This document shows positions 55,611 through 64,000 of a stretch of DNA of 64,000 bases, piece after piece. The notes under the pieces are model-generated. The model made no database searches, was not told where the DNA came from, and worked only from the letters and a program-made list of their open reading frames with translations. Where the stretch lies: positions 16,000 to 79,999 of the IMG/VR virus record IMGVR_UViG_3300029258_003546; one strand, 5' to 3'. Source of the DNA: a virus. The position numbers and the translations under genes were made by a program. Each line of letters starts with the position of its first letter. Position 1 is the first letter of the stretch.

Positions 55611-57398
55611 ATGACGACCAATCTGAGCAGCAGCTCGAATTACACCGCTCTAAACAATCGGTACTACGGGGATAAGTTCCCCAATCCTTGGACCGACTAT
55701 AGCAGCGACGACTTCCCGCTCGATCTGCCGCGCATATTTAGGTTCTGCGAATATGTATGGTATTCCTGCGGCACTTTCAGCTCGGCCAGCAAGCGTGTTA
55801 TCAGGTATCTGCTGACCGAATTAGATTTCGGCGATCTGGATAGTGTATCCAGAGATAAGTGGCAGGAACTGATGGACGGGGCTGGCATATTATCAACGCT
55901 GGGCGAAATAGGTGATAATTTTCTGGCCTATGGTAACGCCTTTTCCAGTATTTATCAGCCGTTCAAGCGGTTTCTGCAGTGTCCCAAGTGCGGGCGCGAG
56001 ATCCCTTTGTCTGAGGCTGACTACACGTTCGAGCACTGGTCGTTTGTCATGACGTGCCCGAGATGCAAGTACCACGGTGAATTTCGTCGACACGATGTGA
56101 GGCATACTGATCTCAAGAGCGTCAAGGTAAAAATCTGGAGTCCGCATGATATCTCTATGATCTGGCATCCTGTCAGTCAGAGGGCCAAGTATGCTTGGAA
56201 GCCTCCTGCGGCCTTTAAGGAACACGTTCGCAGGGGCGATAAGTTTTATCTTGAGGATACACCCTGGGAGCTGGTGGATGCTGTCAGGAACGATGGTTTG
56301 TTTGTGTTCTATCCTGGCAAGTTGCATCATGCTAAAGAGCCTACTCTGGCTGGTGTAGAAAATAGAGGTTGGGGTATACCTAGGGCTCTGGCGCATTTCA
56401 AGCAGGTCTGGTATTGTCAGATGCTGCGTAAAGCTAATGAGGCCATATCGTTAGATTGGATTTTCCCCCTGCGTATCATAGCTCCTCCAGCTGGAGGAGG
56501 GGCAGGTGGTATAGAACCTGCCAGGCAGATTAATCTGGGCGATTTCAAGAGCAACGTTAACAGCATTATCGATGCACACAGACGCAATCCTAATCGATAT
56601 TATGTGCTGCCTTTCCCTCTAACATACGAGGAGCCTGGAGGGCAGGGTCTCAAGTTTGCTCCGGTAGATCTGCTGGAGCAGAGTACGGCTCAACTATTGA
56701 ATGATATGGGTTACCCTGTGGATCTGTACCAGGGCAATTTACGTTTGCAGACCATGCCTGCCGCTCTAAGGCTGTTTGATCGGAACTGGTCACATCTGCG
56801 AGATAGTTTCAACGAGTTCTTGCAGTGGTTTGCTGAGGCCGTGGCTAATTTATTCCGCTGGGAGGTCGTAAACGTGCGATTGCGGCCTGTGTCTCTGGCA
56901 GACGATCTTGAGAATCGTCATATCATGCTGAACCTCATGAGTGCAGGGCTGGTGTCAGATGAAACCGCGCTCGGTGAGTTCAATATCGATGCTAAGCAGG
57001 AGCGGCAGAAGAAGCTGCGCGAGCGTATGGAGTATGAACGTCAGACGCTTGAGATGCAGAAGCAACAGGAGAGCTCGCTGGCTATGATGGAGAATGTAGA
57101 GGGTGGGGCGCTGTCTCAGCCGGGGCAGGCTCCAGCACAGCCGGGCATGATGCCAGCGCAGGGCGCTGTTATAGCCCCAGGAGCCGACTTGGAATCGAAA
57201 TGGGCTCAGTCGGAGCAAATGGCTCAGCAGCTGCTCAGCATGCCGTACACGCCTCGACGGCAGCTTCTTAACAGGATTAGAGAATCTGATCCTACGTTGC
57301 ATGCCTTGGTTACCCAGCGGATGGATACAATTCGCTCTCAGACCAATACTGCGGCGGGCGAGGCAGCTCGGCAAGGTCAGCTGGCTTTGCCGGCGTAA
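55611..57398 (+). CDS. Portal protein with a Zn-ribbon insertion
   Basis: GDNFLAYGNAF; CPKC..CPRC insert; RGWGIP; Gln/Pro-rich tail; SD aggag. Confidence 0.65.
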   Translation: MTTNLSSSSNYTALNNRYYGDKFPNPWTDYSSDDFPLDLPRIFRFCEYVWYSCGTFSSASKRVIRYLLTELDFGDLDSVSRDKWQELMDGAGILSTLGEIGDNFLAYGNAFSSIYQPFKRFLQCPKCGREIPLSEADYTFEHWSFVMTCPRCKYHGEFRRHDVRHTDLKSVKVKIWSPHDISMIWHPVSQRAKYAWKPPAAFKEHVRRGDKFYLEDTPWELVDAVRNDGLFVFYPGKLHHAKEPTLAGVENRGWGIPRALAHFKQVWYCQMLRKANEAISLDWIFPLRIIAPPAGGGAGGIEPARQINLGDFKSNVNSIIDAHRRNPNRYYVLPFPLTYEEPGGQGLKFAPVDLLEQSTAQLLNDMGYPVDLYQGNLRLQTMPAALRLFDRNWSHLRDSFNEFLQWFAEAVANLFRWEVVNVRLRPVSLADDLENRHIMLNLMSAGLVSDETALGEFNIDAKQERQKKLRERMEYERQTLEMQKQQESSLAMMENVEGGALSQPGQAPAQPGMMPAQGAVIAPGADLESKWAQSEQMAQQLLSMPYTPRRQLLNRIRESDPTLHALVTQRMDTIRSQTNTAAGEAARQGQLALPA

Positions 57399-57452
57399 CA
57401 ATCTTTTCAGTGTGTTATCACAGGTGCCAGCCTGGGATACGTACGTTTCAAT

Positions 57453-57470
57453 TTTGCTAGTTCTAGCAAA
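57453..57470. promoter_or_regulatory. Palindromic motif copy 8 (TTTGCTAG-TT-CTAGCAAA)
   Basis: Directly upstream of SD aaggag. Confidence 0.6.
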
Positions 57471-57485
57471 TTCAAGGAGACCAAC

Positions 57486-58073
57486 TTGTCAGACGGCGAC
57501 AATTCAGATCTGTACGAGCGTAGATTGAAGACAGCGGAGAGTATTTTTGAGTGGGCAGGTCGTGCATTGGGCAATTGCAAAGAGATTCCGCGTTCTGATA
57601 GCGAGGCGTGGAGGGCTGATGGCGATCTGTGGTGGCTCAGGTTATCCCCAGATCCTGATAATCCAGATCTTATTCCGCACGAGTGTGTTATAGGACTGCG
57701 TTTTGTACCGGGCTCAGACGAAGTTTGGCGTCTGCAGTTTGAGAGCACCGTGTTTTCTCCCGCGGACGCAGATGACGAAGAGGAGGCCGAGCTGCCGGCA
57801 TCGATGCCGGGTGGTAGCCAGAATACGGATGATATTGTGGTCCCAGAGCAGATAGTTCCGCGTTTCGGGGTCTACGATATTTCGTCTGACAGCATGTTGT
57901 TCAAAAGGGTGTTTGACTCGCCAGAGGAAGCTGCGCAGGCTGTGTCTCAGCATCTACAACTGTCTGGTGTGTCAGCAGTTATGCCTAGTCAGGACATGAT
58001 GGTGATCGGATTCGCCGCACCAAGACCTGAAAGGGGTCTCTATCTGGGCATTGATGCGATCAAGCCGGACTGA
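57486..58073 (+). CDS. Hypothetical acidic protein
   Basis: 195 aa. Confidence 0.7.
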   Translation: MSDGDNSDLYERRLKTAESIFEWAGRALGNCKEIPRSDSEAWRADGDLWWLRLSPDPDNPDLIPHECVIGLRFVPGSDEVWRLQFESTVFSPADADDEEEAELPASMPGGSQNTDDIVVPEQIVPRFGVYDISSDSMLFKRVFDSPEEAAQAVSQHLQLSGVSAVMPSQDMMVIGFAAPRPERGLYLGIDAIKPD

Positions 58074-58090
58074 AAAAGGAGGGCACGCGG

Positions 58091-58816
58091 ATGGCCGATA
58101 ATTATCAGCAGACTGCTACAGTCGTGTTTTGCGACTTAGCGGACGACGAGGAGTCGTGGCTGGTAGAGCAGTTAGACGGGGCTGAGCGTCTGCGTGAGGA
58201 CTCTGATGTGCCTGATACTTCTGATGTTGGCGGTCTAGTGCTAACAGAATACATCAAGGATCGAGGATGCATGCCGTTCGAGTGGATTATAGACGAAGAT
58301 GCAAAAACGTCTGGCAAGCTGTTTTGGGTGTTTGCTGACGGTACGTGGTTTGACCCTGAAGGCTTTGCGGAGTTTGTTCAGGCGTTCCTTAAGAAATTCA
58401 GGCCCGCGTCTTGTGCTGCGGCATCGTATTCGTACACTTGTTCGCGGCCGCGTAGAGACGAGTTTGGCGGCGGAGCAGTATTTGTTACTGCGAGCAAGAT
58501 CAAATACAAGGATACGCTGGATTGGACGATAGAGAAACGGGTGCGGCATAAACAGTGCTTGTTGGCTGACGCCACTCATGCGGCTATAGAGGCCTGGTCG
58601 TCGGATATTGAGATAGACGACGATGAAGTTCTGGCGCTGATGCGGCCTCTTTTGGGCAGAGATGTGGATCCAGACGCTTTGGAACCAGCTATTCATGCTG
58701 AGTTAGAAGATAATACGGTGTATCACGCTGTCAGGATTGCAGTTACCAAGCTGTACGAAGCGTCAAAGCCCGATGTCGAGCTTTCGTGGTGTGATATAAG
58801 CAAGCGTGCGCTGTGA
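58091..58816 (+). CDS. Hypothetical protein
   Basis: MADNY...YTCSRPRRDEFGGGAVFVTA. Confidence 0.75.
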   Translation: MADNYQQTATVVFCDLADDEESWLVEQLDGAERLREDSDVPDTSDVGGLVLTEYIKDRGCMPFEWIIDEDAKTSGKLFWVFADGTWFDPEGFAEFVQAFLKKFRPASCAAASYSYTCSRPRRDEFGGGAVFVTASKIKYKDTLDWTIEKRVRHKQCLLADATHAAIEAWSSDIEIDDDEVLALMRPLLGRDVDPDALEPAIHAELEDNTVYHAVRIAVTKLYEASKPDVELSWCDISKRAL

Positions 58817-59058
58817 CGGGGTTGAGGCAGAATGGTGTTTCTGCTAGACTTAGATGCATGGGTAAAAGTGCGTCTGATGATCGTAGTCATGTCATTGCTG
58901 CTCGCATATGCGCGGAAGCCGGGGTTGTTCCACAAGGGTCTATCGTAGACGAGGTGTTGCGTGTTGCTGCGCCTCGCATTTACGGCCACGAATTTGCAGC
59001 TTTAGAGGGCGCTATCAGGAGCAGAATAGCCGCCCACAAAGCGCAGACCGACAGCTAA
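58813..59058 (+). CDS. Hypothetical protein
   Basis: Coupled ORF. Confidence 0.5.
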   Translation: MTGLRQNGVSARLRCMGKSASDDRSHVIAARICAEAGVVPQGSIVDEVLRVAAPRIYGHEFAALEGAIRSRIAAHKAQTDS

Positions 59059-59068
59059 GGGAGCCGTC

Positions 59069-59512
59069 ATGGATGATTTCGATCTTGCGGAATCGATGCG
59101 AGAAGCAGGGATTCCGTATGATGATTACGAATGGGAGGTAGGTCAACAGGTGAACGAAGAGTTGGCTCGCTACGTAGCTCGCTGCTTGGCGATCATCAAG
59201 ATGGCCGGTGTTGATTCTGAGCTGCCAGACCAGCCAACCGATCGTGAGTTTGACACTGCTACTTACATAACAGCCAGATCTAAAACTGGAGGTCCTCCCG
59301 TTTCCGCGCTGGTAGAGCGACTGGGTCAGAAGGACAAACCCGCCGACAAGCTGGGCGAGAGCCTAGAGGAGGCTACGGGTTCACTGATGCTCCGGAGCGG
59401 ATACAAGAGTATTGGACGTCCTGCGTCCAGGTGTATTATCGGCTACTACATGTTTACTCCGATTGTAGTGAGCAAGTGTTTGGCTACGATAGAAGAAGCA
59501 CAGAGAAGGTAG
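59069..59512 (+). CDS. Hypothetical protein
   Basis: 147 aa. Confidence 0.65.
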   Translation: MDDFDLAESMREAGIPYDDYEWEVGQQVNEELARYVARCLAIIKMAGVDSELPDQPTDREFDTATYITARSKTGGPPVSALVERLGQKDKPADKLGESLEEATGSLMLRSGYKSIGRPASRCIIGYYMFTPIVVSKCLATIEEAQRR

Positions 59513-59516
59513 TAGC

Positions 59517-60227
59517 ATGGCTACGCGCGACGATACCAGGCATTTATCACGTTTGCGGCCCAGGCAGCTTCAGGAGTATGTTCTACAGGAGCACAAAGCC
59601 CAACGTGCTGGTCATCATTACGATTTAAGACTAGGCGGAGGCCCCCGCGACACTTTTTTCAGCTGGGCGCTGCCAAAAGGCATGCCGAGGCCCGGCGAGC
59701 GACCTCGCTTGGCCGTACCCACTCCTCTACATACCCGGCAGGCGGCTACGTATAAAGGCCGCCTGTCGGGCTATGGTGCAGGCGAAGTGGACATTGCCAA
59801 GCGCGGCCAGGTGATGGTGACTGAGGTTGGTCCGGGCCTGGTTTCGTTTACTATAGCGTCTGAACGGTATCCTGAGCGTTTTCAGCTGCGCAAGCACAAT
59901 AATAACTGGTTGCTTATCAACACGACTCCACGCGCAGCGTGGGTTTCCGATCAGAAAGTTAGATATGTCAAGGTCCCAGCTGAAAAGGTGGACCAGCTGT
60001 TCGATCCTAAGTTTGCTGTACAGGCCAAGATAGACGGTGCTGCAGCGTGGTTGCGGCTGCTCAAGGACGAAGTAGAAGTAGCCAGCTACAGAGTATCAGC
60101 TCAAACAGGCAGACCGATAGTGCATACCGAGCGTATGGGCTTAGCTGGCTTGAAGGCGCCGATTCCTGCGCATTTGCAGGGCAGTGTTTTACGAGGCGAG
60201 ATCTATGCGGAAAAGCGGGATGCGTGA
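59517..60227 (+). CDS. LigD-type 3'-phosphoesterase plus the N-half of an ATP-dependent DNA ligase
   Basis: QEH.A..AG.HYDLRL, SWALPKG, RLAV, GYGAG; ligase motif I QAKIDG and motif III LRGEIY; then stop. Confidence 0.8.
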   Translation: MATRDDTRHLSRLRPRQLQEYVLQEHKAQRAGHHYDLRLGGGPRDTFFSWALPKGMPRPGERPRLAVPTPLHTRQAATYKGRLSGYGAGEVDIAKRGQVMVTEVGPGLVSFTIASERYPERFQLRKHNNNWLLINTTPRAAWVSDQKVRYVKVPAEKVDQLFDPKFAVQAKIDGAAAWLRLLKDEVEVASYRVSAQTGRPIVHTERMGLAGLKAPIPAHLQGSVLRGEIYAEKRDA

Positions 60228-61002
60228 TGACGAGGCCTTGATGTTGGGTGCGGCGGCGGCTAGTGGTGCCACCGGTGTTTTGGCATCTATGCTGGCGTCT
60301 TCGGTGCTGAACAGACGTGTGAGCAAGACTTTGAGCAGCATGCGAGGTACGCCTCCCTCTCGTCTAAAGCTTTTCTGGAAGAACATACCGCGCGATATCC
60401 AACGCCGTGTCAAGGCTATTCGTGTTCCTGGGTTTCGCAATGCTGCCTTCATACCTGCACGGCCCTATCCGTTGATTGTTACGGACGAAAAAGGCAAGAC
60501 TACCTTTCTTGAGTCCAAAAAGAACTACATACTGTACGATCCTGGCTTCTTCATACCTGGCGTGGTTGCTCATGAGTACGGACATGCTACCGACTGGTTG
60601 CGGAACAAGTGCACTCTGGGCGGCGAGGCTTCCAAAGATCTGCTTGCTGGGTTGTTGGGTAGTGGTGTGATGCTGGGTGGCCCATTTCTGCTATCAGCCG
60701 CTACACGTGACCTGATGCCGAAATCAGGTTTGGGTCGTGGTTTGGCTCTGGCTGGTGTACTTGGTGGCGGTGCGGTGTTAGGAGGTTTGGGATCGTACTT
60801 GTCTCAGTATCCAACATTGAAATCGGAGCGAACGGCCAGCGACTTTGCGCGTGAAGTTATCGCCAAATCCAGGCTTGCAGCTGCCAACGCTGAAGCTAAC
60901 AGACGCGCCTTGAAAGAGGCATATCGAACGTATTCGGTACCGCCTGTGCTGTCAGGCGCGTTGTTGGGGTTGGGTGCCGGCTTAGCTGGCCAGGTCAGAT
61001 GA
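60220..61002 (+). CDS. Membrane-associated HEXXH zinc peptidase-like protein
   Basis: VAHEYGHA, downstream E..AS, Gly-rich TM segments. Confidence 0.65.
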   Translation: MRDDEALMLGAAAASGATGVLASMLASSVLNRRVSKTLSSMRGTPPSRLKLFWKNIPRDIQRRVKAIRVPGFRNAAFIPARPYPLIVTDEKGKTTFLESKKNYILYDPGFFIPGVVAHEYGHATDWLRNKCTLGGEASKDLLAGLLGSGVMLGGPFLLSAATRDLMPKSGLGRGLALAGVLGGGAVLGGLGSYLSQYPTLKSERTASDFAREVIAKSRLAAANAEANRRALKEAYRTYSVPPVLSGALLGLGAGLAGQVR

Positions 61003-61111
61003 TAACCTGTCCCTGGGCCGTATCGTGTTGGAAGAGGACGGTGGCGTCGTGGGCGCTGGAGTCGTTGTTGGAGCTGATTACTAGAAGATCTAGACAGCTG
61101 GAGGTTGAGCA

Positions 61112-61297
61112 ATGAGCTACCGAATCAGGCTGGAGCCGGATGGAGACATCCGTCTCTGCGATTGGGAACGGTATGTGGCATTTCGCCGGGCCTTTGCGGA
61201 CTTGTTCTCACGCTATACTCCAGAGGAGGTTCTGGAATGGGGCCGCAAGACCTTTGGAGATCGATTCTTTCAGGCAATTGCGCAAACGGATATGTAG
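61112..61297 (+). CDS. Hypothetical protein
   Basis: 61 aa; SD ggaggt. Confidence 0.55.
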   Translation: MSYRIRLEPDGDIRLCDWERYVAFRRAFADLFSRYTPEEVLEWGRKTFGDRFFQAIAQTDM

Positions 61298-61307
61298 GTG
61301 ATGATCA

Positions 61308-62081
61308 GTGAATGGAGCAAGTGCGGTACTGCCGGCGTCTGAGTTAGGCGGCATTCTGAATGCCACGATTGCTAACTCTTTGAAGCGTCAACGCGAGAAA
61401 AATGTGCGTATGCGCATGGCATTATTTGACGTTGCCAAATATGGACGCAAGCGCATGACCAAAGAGATGCCTTATCTGGAGCGACTGGCCAAGGTTAAGG
61501 AAGTGGCTAGTGTATTGCCGGCAGGCGTGTTCACCGTACCAGAGACTTTTACAGATCCTGAAGAGCAGCGGAAGTTGTGGGATCAGATAGTAGCTGGTCA
61601 GCATCCGCTGACTACGGAAGGCATTGTTGCTCATCCGCTGGCGGGTGGAAGGCCGGCGAAGGCTAAGGTCTATCCTGAGTACGACGTATTCGTGCGTGAA
61701 GTGTTTCCTGGTGAAGGCGGGCTGGCTGGCAAGGGTGCCGGTGGTTTTAGTTACAGTACTACACCTGACGGTCCAATAGTTGGGCGTGTTGGCACAGGCT
61801 TTGACATGTCTACACGTGAAGATATGTTATCTGCTCCTGAAGAGTGGGTTGGCAGGAAGGCTCGTATACGTGCCCAGGAACAATTTCCTTCGGGAGCATA
61901 TCGAGCTCCGGTTTTCATCGCACTACACGAGGATTATCCTATGAACAAGGCTGCGTTTCAGCTAGATCCTGATGTTCTCAAGCGCATGGCTACATCTCCT
62001 GTTGGTATGGGCCTGCTGGGTGCGGGTGCTGGCGGTCTGGGTTGTTGGCTCGTAGCGGTCAGGGCGCGGCTGACAAGATAG
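61308..62081 (+). CDS. C-half of the ATP-dependent DNA ligase (motifs IIIa-VI, OB domain)
   Basis: LFDV, ERL, EGIV, KAK, VGTGF, YRAPVF; SD aggtga. Confidence 0.8.
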   Translation: MNGASAVLPASELGGILNATIANSLKRQREKNVRMRMALFDVAKYGRKRMTKEMPYLERLAKVKEVASVLPAGVFTVPETFTDPEEQRKLWDQIVAGQHPLTTEGIVAHPLAGGRPAKAKVYPEYDVFVREVFPGEGGLAGKGAGGFSYSTTPDGPIVGRVGTGFDMSTREDMLSAPEEWVGRKARIRAQEQFPSGAYRAPVFIALHEDYPMNKAAFQLDPDVLKRMATSPVGMGLLGAGAGGLGCWLVAVRARLTR

Positions 62082-62779
62082 ATCAGGGGCGTACCGCTTC
62101 ACAGGCACAGGTATCCAGATTTAGCCCAGAGGATTATGCTTATCGCGAGGCGTATGAATCTGAGAAAAATGTCAGAGGGCCTGGCTACGTGCCTGCAGTG
62201 GAAACATCTATATCTCTCGGCCCTCTAGTTGCCAAGTACGGTGGTCGTGCTTTGTGGCGCCGCGCCGTGCCTGGAAGCCTGGCTGGTCGCGCTGGCATGC
62301 AGACCTGGCTGACCGGCGCCACTGTGGCGAATCCTGCTCTAGCAGCAACACTGGCTACAGAAGCTGCGCGACGAATTATTCGATATCGTACTGGTGTTAC
62401 TGCCGGGCTGGAAGCGGCGGAAGGCGCGTATGCTGGCAGCCAGGCGCGTCGACGAGAGTATCAGTTACAGGCGCATCAGAGACTTCGCGGTTTGACCAGA
62501 GAACAAGCGCTGACCGATTATCCTCATTTAGCTCCGAGATCGCCGGATTACTATACGCTGGCTGCGTTGCAGTCTCAGCTGGGCTACACGCGTCCGGAGG
62601 CTCTACGCGCCTTGACGCAGATACGAGGCGAGGCTGAAAAGTGGACGAGAAGGGCGGCTGGAAGAGGGCCAGTTTCCTGGTTGGGAACTGCTGCGACCTT
62701 ACTCCGGTCGCGTTTAACGCCTGCAGACAGGTTGCTCGCAGCGCGTGAGAACTACATACGTGAAAGGTTGAATCGATGA
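62042..62779 (+). CDS. Hypothetical protein, probably the continuation of 61308 across a frameshift at ~62040
   Basis: One extra G in ctggg-ttgttg would give GGLGLLARSG. Confidence 0.55.
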   Translation: MLARSGQGAADKIDQGRTASQAQVSRFSPEDYAYREAYESEKNVRGPGYVPAVETSISLGPLVAKYGGRALWRRAVPGSLAGRAGMQTWLTGATVANPALAATLATEAARRIIRYRTGVTAGLEAAEGAYAGSQARRREYQLQAHQRLRGLTREQALTDYPHLAPRSPDYYTLAALQSQLGYTRPEALRALTQIRGEAEKWTRRAAGRGPVSWLGTAATLLRSRLTPADRLLAARENYIRERLNR

Positions 62780-63692
62780 TTGATCGAGAGGATAGATTAG
62801 TAGAAGTCGTAACAATGTCTGCAGTCGCTATATTTATTCTCGTAATGATGATAAATGCAGCTGTATCTGTTGGCTGTAAGCAGACTGGCGTTGTTGACTC
62901 TACGGTTAAGCCTGACCAGAGATTGAACGAGGCCATTGAAGACATAGCCGCACTTGAGAAGAAGGTGTCTAATCTGCAGGAAACGTCGGGCAAGTTGGAT
63001 AGCAAGGTGACGGCAGCCGAAGGGGCAATCGTAGATACCAAGACCGAGCTGACTAATCAGGTCAGCCAGGTCAATGAAACATTGTCTCAGCAGATTACCA
63101 GCGTGGCCAATACGACCAATCAAAATCAGCAGACGCTGACCGATATCAAGAATAAGACGGTATCGGCTGAATCAGGAGCGGCTGCTGCTCAAGAGCAGGT
63201 TCAGGAGGTAAAGGAAAATCACGGCAAGATCCTGACGGAGTTGAAAGAGGAGGTTGCCAATGCCAATTCGTCAGCTCAAGCTGCGCAAAAAGGAGCATCG
63301 GGCCTGGCCGAAAGTATCGACAACTTTGAGGGCAAAATTGAACAGGAAATCCAAAATGCGCAGACCACGGTGAACAAGAACGAGCAGTTCACCTGGAAGA
63401 TTTTCTGGGTGGTGATTGTGGTAGTGGGTGTCTGCCTGGTTTCCGTTTTGGGAGTGGTGGTGTACTTCACGTGGGCCAAGGTAAGCGGCACATCCAGGTG
63501 TCTAAGCGCTGTAGTAGGGCGTCTACAGGCGTTGCTGATTTGTTGCACAAGAAAGTGAAAAAAGTGACCAGTAAAGCTATTGCACCAATAGGTTCTGGTT
63601 TATTGGATGGTGCTGTTAGTAAGGCTGCTGGCGCTGTAAAGGACAAGGTGGTGGAGGTTGTTGAAGGAGAGGAAGGCAACGAAGGCCTATGA
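62776..63692 (+). CDS. Coiled-coil lipoprotein with a C-terminal TM helix (spanin-like); probable frameshift ~63518
   Basis: Signal peptide plus VSVGC lipobox, long coiled coil, TM WVVIVVVGVCLVSVLGVVVYF. Confidence 0.55.
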
Positions 63693-63777
63693 GCAGGCTA
63701 GACGAGTTTGACAAGAGCAATAAAAAACGACTCACTGTGTAGCAAGTTTATGATAGAATTGTCTACCGGAGAACATA

Positions 63778-64000
63778 AATGGATGGATTGATGGCGTTGG
63801 TGAAGATCAGCGGAGGGCGAGGTCGTATGGGCGGACCTCTGGCTGCTGGTCCTGACGGTCTGTGTGTTTGTACATCTTGCGGGCATACTATACCGCATGT
63901 GACGGGTCAGCCCTGTTCAGACATGACTTGTCCTGCTTGTGGAGGGTCTATGACTCGTGCTAGCACCAAGTCTGCTGATGATCCTGGCTGGCAGGAAGGT
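63778..64000 (+). CDS. Small Cys-rich Zn-binding-domain protein, 3' truncated
   Basis: MDGLMALVKISGGRGRMGGPLAAGPDGLCVCTSCGHTIPHVTGQPCSDMTCPACGGSMTR. Confidence 0.65.

Noticed and set aside
62036-62045. Programmed frameshift after the ligase
   Set aside because: One G missing from a G run with no slippery heptamer; more likely a homopolymer sequencing error.
63511-63525. Programmed frameshift in the spanin-like gene
   Set aside because: Same single-G-loss pattern (gtagggcgtct); probably a sequencing error.
1-64000. CRISPR array, tRNA or rRNA genes
   Set aside because: No regularly spaced repeats or cloverleaf motifs seen by eye; the palindromic motif is irregularly spaced.
1-64000. Stop-codon reassignment explaining the many short ORFs
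   Set aside because: Core genes are intact under code 11 and use all three stops. The small ORFs change frame and have their own SD sites.

Overview
The window is a segment of a large tailed dsDNA phage genome; no host housekeeping operons, rRNA, tRNA or CRISPR array are visible. It carries a terminase large subunit, a portal-like protein and a replication/recombination module (SbcD/SbcC, SF2 helicase, DnaB-like helicase, Toprim primase, family A polymerase with an N-terminal UDG-like domain, SSB-like protein, RecA-like protein). It also has a Ycf46-type AAA ATPase module, a ~10 kb glycosyltransferase/methyltransferase/radical SAM/sulfatase cluster, a two-gene adenine methyltransferase and a LigD-like ligase split into two genes. 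Most striking: (1) about 40 small, basic, Ser/Arg/Cys/Tyr-rich, highly divergent ORFs in tandem clusters, apparently one hypervariable family possibly linked to an Sm-like protein at 442-831; (2) a ~175-nt rod-shaped structured RNA with 6S-like geometry just downstream of an IS110/Nop-like gene; (3) a non-coding island at ~38.7-39.1 kb with two perfect 34/38-bp palindromes where G/C skew appears to switch (candidate origin); (4) a TGCTAG-NN-CTAGCA palindrome in 8 copies; (5) the interrupted ligase. All family calls come from motif recognition by eye, not from database searches.
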